DNA of 64,000 nt from IMG/VR virus record IMGVR_UViG_3300025120_010521; one strand, written 5' to 3'. Below the pieces are notes generated by a model that was not told the DNA's origin, made no database searches, and saw only the letters and a list, made by a program, of their open reading frames with translations. This DNA comes from a virus. Its lineage: Duplodnaviria > Caudoviricetes. The position numbers and the translations under genes are program-made. Shown here piece by piece: positions 9,045-18,923 of this stretch (the first letter of the stretch is position 1; every line of letters starts with the position of its first letter).

Positions 9045-9510
9045 TTTTTACCTTACTTTCTTCTTTCCTTAGGTTATTAGCGAATGATGAACCTGATACT
9101 CCTGTTTGTTTTGATTTATTCTTCATTAACTTACTAACAGTAATTCTATAATACTTTTCTGCTTTTCTTAATGCCGTAGCAACAACAGGATCTATTTCTG
9201 TACTGAACAATTCAGTATATTTCCATATACCTTTTTTTTCATGTTCTAAAAAATATGATTTTAAACCAATGTCGTGTAATTCTTGTGTATAACATTGTAT
9301 CTTATATAATTCATTGTTATGCATTATATTAAAAATAAATGCATTGCTATCTATATATTTTTTATAATAGTCAGTTTTAGCTAAAATTTCTTTTTCACTT
9401 TTAGTAATTTGTCTATCTTCTTGAGTATATAAAAAATGTTCAACACTTTCCCATTTTACTTCTGGGTTTTTTAAACTTGTTAATTTAAATATAAAAATTT
9501 TGTTTTGCAT
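9028..9510 (-). CDS. hypothetical protein
   Basis: 160-aa ORF; TAAGTA 5 nt upstream of ATG. Confidence 0.55.
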   Translation of the reverse strand: MQNKIFIFKLTSLKNPEVKWESVEHFLYTQEDRQITKSEKEILAKTDYYKKYIDSNAFIFNIMHNNELYKIQCYTQELHDIGLKSYFLEHEKKGIWKYTELFSTEIDPVVATALRKAEKYYRITVSKLMKNKSKQTGVSGSSFANNLRKEESKVKNDHNN

Positions 9511-9532
9511 AATAGTACTTATCAGTTAGTAC

Positions 9533-9581
9533 GGGGAACCGATCTACTTTTAAGAGCAGAGAGAGGCAGATCTAGTTCCCC
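9533..9581 (-). other. GC-rich stem-loop with an 18-nt CU-rich loop, downstream of moxR
   Basis: GGGGAAC-U-A-GAUCUGC [CUCUCUCUGCUCUUAAAA] GUAGAUC-G-GUUCCCC; G.U pairs fit the minus strand. Confidence 0.7.
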
Positions 9582-9591
9582 TAACGGCGTT

Positions 9592-10683
9592 CTAAACGTC
9601 TACGATTAGTTTGCCGTATCTCTTATAAAACTCCTTAAAGCTCTTTAGCTCTTTAGGGGAAAACGGTAGTTGGTGATTCTTAAGTGCAATTCTGGCACCA
9701 AGTACTACCATTTCAGTTTCAAAATTGTCCATCATATATTGTAAGAAACAATCTGCCATTTTGTGCCAAGGCGACATTTTTTTATTTTTTTGTGCCTTTT
9801 CACATTCGTCTTTTAATTCATAACACAATGAAGTAATTAATGAATACATTGCACTTACTTCTTTTGTATCAAGACTTTTAACTTTACCATTTAAAATATC
9901 AGTTGGATTAGGTAACTTACCTGCCACTTCTCTGTGAGCATTAAATTTAACTGCAAGACCTTCTCCTACTGCACCAGCAATAATATCTGTAAGTTGTGAA
10001 CCTTGTAAGTCATTATCTTCAAGCATATCACTTACAAATGACCAACTTCTTGGTGTAGCAAATGCTCTTGATGAACTTCTTGGATCAAAGTCATACAAAT
10101 CATTTTTAGCAAATGTTAAGTAACCAACTACATCTGCATGGATGTCATGTTTGGTTGCCCAATCTTGCCAGTCTTCGAAGTTAACTGCCATTTCAATATG
10201 CAACATTCTATTAGCAAGTGGACTAGGCATTCTATAAGTAACACCTCTATCACTTTCTCTGTTACCAGCCGCCACAATTGATACTCCTTCCGGCAATTTA
10301 TAAGTACCAATTCTTCTATTAAGAATTAACTGATACGCCGCCGCCTGTACACTTTGTGGTGCCGCATTAATTTCATCTAAGAACAAGATGTCTGTTGCTT
10401 TTGGATCACTTGGAAGATCAACTGGTGGTGCCCAATCCATTTTATTTTCTTTAGAATTAAAATATGGAATACCACGTAAGTCAGTTGGTTCTAGAAGAAG
10501 CAATCTAAGATCGATTACACTTCTATTAGTGTTCTTACCAATTTGATCAATAATTTCTGATTTACCAATGCCTGGAGGACCCCATAGCATAACTGGTCTT
10601 TGTTTTTTAATACAAGCAAGAACCTCTGTCATTACGTCACCGGGTCTTACTGTTCTAGTGTCTGTAGTTGTTGTTTTTACCAT
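9592..10683 (-). CDS. MoxR-family AAA+ ATPase
   Basis: Walker A GPPGIGKS, Walker B LFLDEIN, AAGNR, PLANR. Confidence 0.9.
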   Translation of the reverse strand: MVKTTTTDTRTVRPGDVMTEVLACIKKQRPVMLWGPPGIGKSEIIDQIGKNTNRSVIDLRLLLLEPTDLRGIPYFNSKENKMDWAPPVDLPSDPKATDILFLDEINAAPQSVQAAAYQLILNRRIGTYKLPEGVSIVAAGNRESDRGVTYRMPSPLANRMLHIEMAVNFEDWQDWATKHDIHADVVGYLTFAKNDLYDFDPRSSSRAFATPRSWSFVSDMLEDNDLQGSQLTDIIAGAVGEGLAVKFNAHREVAGKLPNPTDILNGKVKSLDTKEVSAMYSLITSLCYELKDECEKAQKNKKMSPWHKMADCFLQYMMDNFETEMVVLGARIALKNHQLPFSPKELKSFKEFYKRYGKLIVDV

Positions 10684-10717
10684 TTTTTCTCTCTCTGTTT
10701 AAATGTTTATTAAGTAT

Positions 10718-10797
10718 ATAATAGCATCGTATAGGTATCTGTCAACCAGAAAAATGCATATTATTGGATAAAAAAATCCAATAATATCAACGGTTTA
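10718..10797 (-). promoter_or_regulatory. Sigma70 promoter with upstream IHF-consensus site; near-copy of the 6475-6543 element
   Basis: TTGACA-N16-TATTAT; A-tract + TATCAAcggtTTA at 10770-10797. Confidence 0.7.
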
Positions 10798-10813
10798 AAA
10801 AAAAAGTTAAAAT

Positions 10814-11194
10814 TTATTCAAAATCTGGTGAATAATCTTGGTTGTTTACAGTACAATTTCTTGACCAAAGTTCAACATCTCCATCAATTAACTTGAGGTC
10901 TACTGCATCTTTTTCATTGAATACAACAATTTTCTTATTATCTATATAATAAGGAAGAAGCATCTCCTTCTCAAGATTATGGATATGGATTGCTTTTACA
11001 CTAAATGGCTGTTTTGTTTTTATTATGTATGAAGGAAAGTATTGTTCTACTATCTGTACACCAATTTTAGTTAACCGTAGAGAATAATCACTTAACCTAC
11101 TTACAAACATGTTAAGTATCTGTGCTTCTGTTATGCCTTTAGATTTGACATAATCGACAACAATGCGTTTATTGTGATTGATACGGCTTGACAT
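10814..11194 (-). CDS. hypothetical protein
   Basis: 126-aa ORF. Confidence 0.6.
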   Translation of the reverse strand: MSSRINHNKRIVVDYVKSKGITEAQILNMFVSRLSDYSLRLTKIGVQIVEQYFPSYIIKTKQPFSVKAIHIHNLEKEMLLPYYIDNKKIVVFNEKDAVDLKLIDGDVELWSRNCTVNNQDYSPDFE

Positions 11195-11474
11195 CCAATT
11201 TCTTTCCAGCTGTTAAAACATGCACTGAAAAGTCATTGGTTTTGAAAAGTGCATTTAATTTTTCTGCTAAATTAATTGCGTGTCCCGAATTTGAAAATGA
11301 TACTTTTTTGTATTTTGGTCCTGGATAGTTTACTAACGTATTCAAAGACCTAAGGTTCACTGGAGCATCTTTGTAGAAAACTGCATAGATGGCTTCTGCT
11401 TTAAGAACTTGTTCGCTCTTATAGTTTTTAGGGTTAGTGAATTCTAACAATATATCTGGTTTTGGTCTACTCAT
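11169..11474 (-). CDS. hypothetical phage protein
   Basis: 101-aa ORF with GGAG SD and upstream TAAATA. Confidence 0.65.
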   Translation of the reverse strand: MSRPKPDILLEFTNPKNYKSEQVLKAEAIYAVFYKDAPVNLRSLNTLVNYPGPKYKKVSFSNSGHAINLAEKLNALFKTNDFSVHVLTAGKKLDVKPYQSQ

Positions 11475-11519
11475 AATTGCTCCGTTATATACATATATTT
11501 ATCTCAGTTTAAGTAAAAT

Positions 11520-13505
11520 CTACATGTAACTTACTAAAACTTTAGCCGTTCCTGTTGTAGCAGAGGCAATGTTCAAGTAAGCATTAATAGTAGCGTCAGA
11601 ACCGGTAGTATATTGGTATGCTGGCTGTATAGCATAGGTACCTGTTGACGTTAAATCTATTTCGTCATTAGTTACAAGTCTATCGGCATCACCTGTATCA
11701 CCTACAGTTAGTGTTGCATTAGCATCATCAAATGCTACTGTAACTTCTATAGATACAAGTGTAATTCTTGAACCATCGGAAACTGTGCCAACTGCGGTTG
11801 TACCTGAACCGCCACCTTGTGTAATTGTTGCTGATAGTGTATTTGCATCTGTGTTTGCAGAATCTTCGTCTGCTAATAAGTTCCATGCACTACCATTGTA
11901 AACAAAGAATGCATACTCACCGTTGCCTGAGTTAATAACATAAACAGTATCACCAGTTGTGGCTGATAGAGCATTTCTTGCCGTGATGTCTGCAACCACA
12001 GTAGTACCACCGCCACCGCCACCTGCAACAATACCTTGTTCTACTGTTACTGCTAATGGATGTCTTCCATTGTGTACAGAGTATACACCTAATGATGCTA
12101 ATGGTGTACCAGTTGTTTCATCTAATAATATTTCTCCACCATCTGCTCTTGTTAATTTTATATAGTTACCTGATGATGCACTAGTTGATAATGCCCAACC
12201 TGATCCTGAACTTGGTCCAGCAACATTTGAACCGTTACCGTCAACAGTTACGTTTACAATAGTAATTGTACCACCTGTTGAGTTTGTTAATACAACGTTC
12301 GATCCGTTTAATGATGCTGTAATATTTGTAGGACTTGCCGCATTAACGTCTGCTACAATGTCTGCACCAATACCAACTGCAATACCATAAGCGGCTTGAC
12401 CTGCTGTTGTAGTTGAGAATGTTACTGACGTTCCGTTAATTGTAATAACACCACCTGGATATATACCAACTAGTCCGTATGCTAGACTTTCTGTTGCTGT
12501 AGTTGCCGTCGACGGAGAAGGTGAACTTGATGCTGTTACCCCATGCGTTGATGTACTGCCATTGATGTCTGCTATTGTCTGTGTCAGTGTTGTGCTTGTT
12601 AGTGTGACTGCTGTTTCATTAATTTCTAGTACGTCATTCGCTGTTACTGTTGGATCTACCACTGTACCTGTTACTGATGATGCAATAGAATCTGCTATCT
12701 TTAAAAACTGTATTTTGCCTGATGTTGAAGTAGTTGTTAAACCACCTGCTGTTGAATTATCTGTGTAAAGAAAATCTCCAACTGATCCAGGTATTGCAGG
12801 ATTGAAATCAATAATTCTTGTGTTTGGTCTTAACATAAATTGATTTGGACCTGGTCCTGGGTTGGTTACTGTGCCAATTGTTTTTGCCGCTGTTGATGAC
12901 GTTGTTTTAGCGAAACCTGAACCTGTGATTGATATAACATCTCCTGAACTAAAACCATGTGATGCTTGATCTAATACATAGTGCATCTGTGGGTTTAAAT
13001 ATTGAAATCTTGAGTTAATGTTTTGATAAAATGTTTGTGATGTAATTGAAGCCGGTACTGGATCTATCATTGGGTGTCCGTTTTCATTTAATTGAAAACA
13101 CACTGCCGACCCTACTGCAAATACACCAGTACCTGATGGTGATCTAAATGTGTTATATCTCAACCAATCTTCTACTACACAAACTACAGAAGTTGTTGTT
13201 TTGGATGTTATAGAAACAATTCTACAGCACACACCAGTTGTTGCACCAGATATCCAATCACCTACTTGGACATCTAAACCATTGTATTGAAAATCTTTTC
13301 TTGTTAAGTGAGATCCGTGGTCTTGTGCTGTAACTGTTGCTGTTACTGTCCATCTATAATATTTTGGGTTACTACCGCCTGAATACCATTTATCACCTTG
13401 TCCATCATTGTGTGGCCACTGTGTATCATTGGCAATGTTTGTTATGTTAAGACTTAAAACTTTTGCTGGTTTGTTTACGTCAATAAAGTTAGTTTTGTAG
13501 GCCAT
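11520..13505 (-). CDS. virion structural protein (tail/baseplate-associated, putative)
   Basis: 661 aa, Thr/Gly/Ser-rich beta-type composition, translationally adjacent to the fibre gene. Confidence 0.6.
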   Translation of the reverse strand: MAYKTNFIDVNKPAKVLSLNITNIANDTQWPHNDGQGDKWYSGGSNPKYYRWTVTATVTAQDHGSHLTRKDFQYNGLDVQVGDWISGATTGVCCRIVSITSKTTTSVVCVVEDWLRYNTFRSPSGTGVFAVGSAVCFQLNENGHPMIDPVPASITSQTFYQNINSRFQYLNPQMHYVLDQASHGFSSGDVISITGSGFAKTTSSTAAKTIGTVTNPGPGPNQFMLRPNTRIIDFNPAIPGSVGDFLYTDNSTAGGLTTTSTSGKIQFLKIADSIASSVTGTVVDPTVTANDVLEINETAVTLTSTTLTQTIADINGSTSTHGVTASSSPSPSTATTATESLAYGLVGIYPGGVITINGTSVTFSTTTAGQAAYGIAVGIGADIVADVNAASPTNITASLNGSNVVLTNSTGGTITIVNVTVDGNGSNVAGPSSGSGWALSTSASSGNYIKLTRADGGEILLDETTGTPLASLGVYSVHNGRHPLAVTVEQGIVAGGGGGGTTVVADITARNALSATTGDTVYVINSGNGEYAFFVYNGSAWNLLADEDSANTDANTLSATITQGGGSGTTAVGTVSDGSRITLVSIEVTVAFDDANATLTVGDTGDADRLVTNDEIDLTSTGTYAIQPAYQYTTGSDATINAYLNIASATTGTAKVLVSYM

Positions 13506-13508
13506 CTA

Positions 13509-16500
13509 TTAGCCTCCCATTACCACTTGTACCCATGCATGAGTGACTGTACCAAACGATCTTGATGCTCCTGAGTCACCTTCTGACGCTTTGATTTTTA
13601 TTGAACCAAATGATCCAAATGCTGTTGGTGATCCTGATGATCCTCCGCCTGGTATTTCTCTCAATGTAATGTCTTTGTTTAGAGGCATCATTGTGTATTT
13701 GTTTGATGCATACACATAACCATATAGTGTAAGACTTGCTGGTGGATAACTGTAACCTGTAAAGTTAATTGTTATGTCACCACCTGATGCTGAATCAATT
13801 GATACACTTGATATACCTGATGATGTATCTGTTATACTTGATAATGTACCATTTGTTGCATAATTAATTTTAAACATTTCAACTGCTGTTGAACCACCGC
13901 CACCTGATATAGTTGTAAAAGATAATTGTCCTGAACCATTTGTTACAAGTGCCTGTCCTGATGTACCATCTGTGATAGCCGCCGGTGATGCTGTAGCAAA
14001 CACTGGTAAGTGTCCTGAAGCATCTGGTAAGTTGATTGTTCTGTCTGCTGTTGGATCAACTGCTTGAAGTTTTGTTTCGTTGTTGTCTGCTGTTGAACCT
14101 TCAAAAGCAATACTTGTAATACTGTTAATGTCTGATGCTAAACTTAATGTAACATTGTTTGCGGCAATGCCTGCATTAATTTGTCCAGTAGTTCCTAAGA
14201 ACGTTAGTGTTTCTGTAGCAGTGTTGAATGTGTGTGTACCAGTGTTACCTGCAAGGCCGAATGTTCCGCCTCCGCCACCATCTGTTTTCCATTTAAATGA
14301 AGTTGATGAATGATCGTAGTATAGTATCTTGCCATCATCACCTCCAGCTACTGCGTCAACATCACTTAATGTTGTTAAGCCTGCCGCCGCTATTCTGGCA
14401 TCTGCTCTTGCGTTCGTGTAGTATAAGTTAGAACCTTCTGCTACATCACCTGTGTCTTTTGCCGCTAGTCTTGTGTCAAATGCTGAGTTGTCAAATAACG
14501 TTGTGTTACCTGCAAGTGCTGTTGTAGAACTTGTACCTAATTGTAATGAGTCTGTAATTCCGTAACCTGCTATTGTACTTGGCTTGCCTGTTAGTGAAGC
14601 AAATGATTGTGCTGGTACTGATGTTAAGTAACCTGCACTTGCATGATTGCCCCAACCATATGCTGTATCCCAATTACTTGAGTTTGATGTTGATGAATCA
14701 ACATAAGCCTTGATTGATTGTTGCGTTGCTACTTTTGTATTTGAATCAGACGCCATATTGTCTTCATCTAGTGTTGCCGCTGTAATTCTAGCATCTGCTC
14801 TTACGTCAGTATAGTATAGGTTTGTGCCTTCACTTAAATTTGTTGTTGTTGATGAAGTTTCATCTAATAACTTGATCCAGTTACCACCGTGTGCAAAATA
14901 ACCTTTGCCTGTGCCGTGTACGTGTGCAAACATACCGTGATATGTTGAAGCATTTGGTAATGCGGCCTCATTTGAATATGGTGCCGTCCATTTTAAGTAA
15001 TCGTTATCTGAACCATCTATTTTAACGTTTGCAGAAAGTATAACATCACCTGTACCATGTGTTGCTAGTGTAATGTTACCATTTGATGCTGTTGTTGAAA
15101 TTGATAATGCACCTGCCGCCGACACACTTGGTGAAGCACCTGCTGTTGTTACTGACCCTACTGTTAATGCATCTGTTGTTTTGTTGTAAGTAAAGCCACC
15201 ATCAGCACCCATTACACCACTGTCATTAAACTGTACGTATGTATCTGAACCAGCCGCCGAAGCCGCCGTTACTGTTACGTTCTCCCATTTAGATGTTCCT
15301 GTGTTGTATTTCAAGAACTGGTTGTTTTGAAGTGATGCTATCGTAACATCATTCATTTCACTTAATTCGTTTTCACTTGCTACCTGTGAGTCAACGTATG
15401 CTTTAACTGATTGCTGTGATGGAAGTCTAGTAGCACTGTCTGATGCCATGTTGTCTTCATCAATCAATGCATTTGTAATTCTTGCATCTGCTCTTGCATC
15501 TGTGTAGTATAAGTTAGTACCTTCTGATAGGTTAGTTGTTGATTTAGTTGCTAATCTTGTATCAAATGCCGAGTTTGCTCTAGCATCTGTATAGTAAAGA
15601 TTTGAACCTTCAGTTAGGTTGGCTGTTGTTTTAGTTGCCAATCTGTTATCAAAATCTGTGTTTGTGTAGCCTGCGTTAGTAACCCAAGCATAGTCCGAAC
15701 CATTCCAACTCAATACATATCCTGATGTTGGATTTGATTGATTTAGATGTGCATCAATTGACGCATTAAGGTCTGTGATTCCGTAACCAGATATCGTAGT
15801 TGGCTTGCCTGTTAGTGAAGCAAATGATTGAGCTGGTACTGAAGTCAAGTAACCCGCACTTGCGTGGTTGCCCCAACCGTATGCTGTGTCCCAATTCGTA
15901 ACTTTTGCACCTGTTACACCTGCGTTAGTAATTCTTGCGTCTGCTCTTGCATTAGTAAAGTATAAGTTTGAACCTTCTGCTACATCACCTGTGTCTTTAC
16001 TTGCTAATCTTGTGTCAAATGCTGAGTTGTCAAATAATGTTGGTTTGCCAGTTAAGTCGGCATAAGCACCACTGAATGAATCTGTAATTCCATAACCTGC
16101 TATCGTAGTTGGTTTACTTGTTAAACTAGCAAAAACTCCGTCAAACAATGCTGTATTACCTGCAAGTGCTGTTGTGGCACTTGTACCTATTTGTAATGAA
16201 TCTGTAATTCCATAACCTGCTATCGTAGTTGGTTTACCTGTTAGTGAAGCAAATGACTGAGCTGGTACACTTGTTAAGTATCCTGCACTTGCATGGTTAC
16301 CCCAACCATATGCTGTAATAAATTGTCCTAGGTTTGTATCAGTTAATACATTCGTACCCATATCAATTGTGTTACCATTAGCATCTAATGTTCCACCAAG
16401 TTGTGGAGTAGTATCATTAACTATATCTGTAATACCACCTGTACCATTTGCCACCCAAGCATAGTCTGAACCGTTCCAAGAAAGAACGTAACCACTTGTT

Positions 16501-18473
16501 GGACCACTTTGGTTTAGGTGTGCATCAACATCACTGTTAGTATAAGAACTTCCTGATGCATCTACTTTCCATTTAAATGAAGTTGATGAATGATCATAGT
16601 ATAAAACTTTTCCATCGTCGCCTGCCAATACTGCATCAACGTTTGATAAATCTGTTAGTGATGCCGCTTGTACTCTAGCATCTGCTCTTGCGTTTGTATA
16701 ATATAAATTTGTTGCTTCTGGAATATCTGCTGTTGATACTTGGTTTGCACCTGTACCAAAATCAATATGCGTGTCATTAATTGAGTCTGCCGCAATTGAT
16801 GTTAAGTAACCTGCACTTGCATGATTACCCCAACCATATGCTGTGTTCCAGTTTGCTGAACCTAATGCTAAAACTCTTGCGTTTACTCTTGCATCAGTAT
16901 AGTAAAGGTTTGACCCTTCTGTTAAATTTGTTGTAGACTTACTTGCTAGTCTTGTATCAAAATCTGAATCAGTATAACCTGCGTTAGTTACCCAAGCATA
17001 ATCTGATCCATTCCAACTTAATACATATCCTGAAGTTGGATTTGATTGATTTAAATGTGTGTCTACATCTGAGTTCGTATAACCTGCTGGCATATTTGTA
17101 AGTGCTGAACCATCCACTGCTGGTAGTTTAGCTGAACCATCTAGTTGTACAATTTTACCTGCACTTGTACCAACGTCAACGTTTAATGTTGCTGAACCCG
17201 ATGTTGCACCGCCTGTTAAACCTGTGCCGGCAACAACTGCTGTAATATCTCCTGCACCTGTGCTTGATGGTGCCCATCTACTGTTTCCAGAATCCCATGC
17301 AAGTACTTCTCCATTGTTTGGAGCCGCTGTGTGTACATTTGATAAATCACTTATCTGTGCCGCACCAATACGTGCATCTGCTCTTGCATTTGTATAATAT
17401 AAATTTGTACCCTCTGATACATCTGAAGTTGACTTGCCTGATAGTCTTGTATCAAATGTAGTATTAAAATCTGCTGTTGCTAGTTTTGTTGCAATTGAAT
17501 TTGTTATTGTTGTTGAAAAGTTTGCATCATCACCTAGCGCCGCCGCTAATTCGTTTAATGTATCTAATGTGCCTGGAGCTGAATCAACAAGTGCATCAAT
17601 TTTTGCCTGTGCTCTTGCATCTGCTCTTGCATCTGTATAATATAAATTTGTACCTTCAGCAACGTCTGTTGTAGTTAAAGTATCAAACTCTATTGCGTTT
17701 GCACCTGAATTAACTTTTAAATATTTTCCTGCGTCACCTGTAAAGTTACCTGGAGTATCTGATAGACCAACGAAAGTAGATGAACCACCTCCACCGCCAC
17801 CTGAGTCAACACCAATTTCCCAATTAGTTGTTGATGAGTTATATTTTAAAACTGAACCGTTTACTGCACCTGCTACATCTACGTCACCTATGTTTGCAAT
17901 TGAATCAATTGATCCTGCCACTGAAGCTCTACCATAAAAATTATCTGCATAAATGTTTAACCATTTGTATGAGTTAGAACCTAATGAGTATGTACTGTCT
18001 GTGTCTGGTAATTGGTGTGCATTATTTTTTAATGTATTTGCATCAACTTCTGCTTTTGAATAAACTGATAAATTTGTTCTTGCTGTTGCTAAATTTGTAA
18101 CTGATGCTAAATTGTCTGATTTTCTTAAAAAGTCTGAAGCCGCTACACCACCTAATTTACCTGCGTCAACATTGGCATTAAGTTGTAGTGTTAAATCGTT
18201 TGAATTTGATATAACAGTTATACCTGAATCTACATTTCCTATTATTGATTTTAACTGTAGGTTATCACTTGATTTACTTGTGAATAAACCAGAACCTGTA
18301 CCTAAATTTAGTGCTGTTGTATCATTTGATGCTGTAATAGTAATATTGTTACTATCAGCTGTTAGTGTTACATTTGTACCTGCAACAAGTGATTTAAATT
18401 GTAGATCATCACCTACTTTTTGTGCAAAAATCCCTTGTCCTGTACCTAAGTTTGACGCTGTGTTATCAGACAT
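13509..18473 (-). CDS. long tail-fibre-like protein with modular internal repeats
   Basis: 1654 aa, Gly/Thr/Ala/Ser-rich; late promoter TAAATA and SD upstream. Confidence 0.75.
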   Translation of the reverse strand: MSDNTASNLGTGQGIFAQKVGDDLQFKSLVAGTNVTLTADSNNITITASNDTTALNLGTGSGLFTSKSSDNLQLKSIIGNVDSGITVISNSNDLTLQLNANVDAGKLGGVAASDFLRKSDNLASVTNLATARTNLSVYSKAEVDANTLKNNAHQLPDTDSTYSLGSNSYKWLNIYADNFYGRASVAGSIDSIANIGDVDVAGAVNGSVLKYNSSTTNWEIGVDSGGGGGGSSTFVGLSDTPGNFTGDAGKYLKVNSGANAIEFDTLTTTDVAEGTNLYYTDARADARAQAKIDALVDSAPGTLDTLNELAAALGDDANFSTTITNSIATKLATADFNTTFDTRLSGKSTSDVSEGTNLYYTNARADARIGAAQISDLSNVHTAAPNNGEVLAWDSGNSRWAPSSTGAGDITAVVAGTGLTGGATSGSATLNVDVGTSAGKIVQLDGSAKLPAVDGSALTNMPAGYTNSDVDTHLNQSNPTSGYVLSWNGSDYAWVTNAGYTDSDFDTRLASKSTTNLTEGSNLYYTDARVNARVLALGSANWNTAYGWGNHASAGYLTSIAADSINDTHIDFGTGANQVSTADIPEATNLYYTNARADARVQAASLTDLSNVDAVLAGDDGKVLYYDHSSTSFKWKVDASGSSYTNSDVDAHLNQSGPTSGYVLSWNGSDYAWVANGTGGITDIVNDTTPQLGGTLDANGNTIDMGTNVLTDTNLGQFITAYGWGNHASAGYLTSVPAQSFASLTGKPTTIAGYGITDSLQIGTSATTALAGNTALFDGVFASLTSKPTTIAGYGITDSFSGAYADLTGKPTLFDNSAFDTRLASKDTGDVAEGSNLYFTNARADARITNAGVTGAKVTNWDTAYGWGNHASAGYLTSVPAQSFASLTGKPTTISGYGITDLNASIDAHLNQSNPTSGYVLSWNGSDYAWVTNAGYTNTDFDNRLATKTTANLTEGSNLYYTDARANSAFDTRLATKSTTNLSEGTNLYYTDARADARITNALIDEDNMASDSATRLPSQQSVKAYVDSQVASENELSEMNDVTIASLQNNQFLKYNTGTSKWENVTVTAASAAGSDTYVQFNDSGVMGADGGFTYNKTTDALTVGSVTTAGASPSVSAAGALSISTTASNGNITLATHGTGDVILSANVKIDGSDNDYLKWTAPYSNEAALPNASTYHGMFAHVHGTGKGYFAHGGNWIKLLDETSSTTTNLSEGTNLYYTDVRADARITAATLDEDNMASDSNTKVATQQSIKAYVDSSTSNSSNWDTAYGWGNHASAGYLTSVPAQSFASLTGKPSTIAGYGITDSLQLGTSSTTALAGNTTLFDNSAFDTRLAAKDTGDVAEGSNLYYTNARADARIAAAGLTTLSDVDAVAGGDDGKILYYDHSSTSFKWKTDGGGGGTFGLAGNTGTHTFNTATETLTFLGTTGQINAGIAANNVTLSLASDINSITSIAFEGSTADNNETKLQAVDPTADRTINLPDASGHLPVFATASPAAITDGTSGQALVTNGSGQLSFTTISGGGGSTAVEMFKINYATNGTLSSITDTSSGISSVSIDSASGGDITINFTGYSYPPASLTLYGYVYASNKYTMMPLNKDITLREIPGGGSSGSPTAFGSFGSIKIKASEGDSGASRSFGTVTHAWVQVVMGG
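14281..17670 (-). repeat. dispersed coding repeats inside the fibre gene
   Basis: 9x ExxNLY(Y/F)T(D/N)xR; 4x TAYGWGNHASAGYLTS; 4x KP(T/S)TI(A/S)GYGITD; 3x HLNQSxPTSGYVLSWNGSDYAWV; 2x DEDNMASDS..QQSxKAYVD; 2x GDDGKxLYYDHSSTSFKWK. Confidence 0.9.
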
Positions 18474-18529
18474 AATTCTCCATACCTTTACAAATATTTG
18501 TATTATATGTATTTATTATCAAACTGGAA

Positions 18530-18907
18530 TTAATGGTTCAAAAGAATTGAAGCAACTGCGCCTGCTGTAGCATTAAAAACTAATGCTTTAATATATACAT
18601 AGTTTCCAGTAAATGTGTATGCTGTAGTGCCTGTGTAAGTAGTAAACGACTGTAGGTTAGCACCATTTAGTGGTATTCTAAACCAATCATCAGCTGTTGG
18701 TGTTGTAGCTAATGTGGCTTCTAGAGCTAATGATCCCGTAAATACGTTACCTTTAAATGCGACTGTATGTAATCCGTCTGTAAATCCGTAATATGAATCT
18801 GCTGGAATGTTTGCTGATGTTATACTTGTTCCTGTATAACTCCATGGCAATGAAATTGAATTTCCTGCACTATCTTTTGCTAACATTTGTATACTGGTTC
18901 TTGACAT
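18530..18907 (-). CDS. hypothetical late (probably structural) protein
   Basis: 125 aa; TAAATA 5 nt before ATG. Confidence 0.6.
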   Translation of the reverse strand: MSRTSIQMLAKDSAGNSISLPWSYTGTSITSANIPADSYYGFTDGLHTVAFKGNVFTGSLALEATLATTPTADDWFRIPLNGANLQSFTTYTGTTAYTFTGNYVYIKALVFNATAGAVASILLNH

Positions 18908-18923
18908 ACTGTTATTTATCGTT

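Noticed and set aside
13509-18473. DGR template/variable repeats or a CRISPR array in the fibre repeats
   Set aside because: Repeats are in-frame protein modules differing mainly at synonymous positions, not only at adenines; no RT, cas genes or unique spacers seen
14080-18570. Plus-strand ORFs antisense to the fibre gene
   Set aside because: Shadow ORFs from codon bias; no SD or promoter and no motifs
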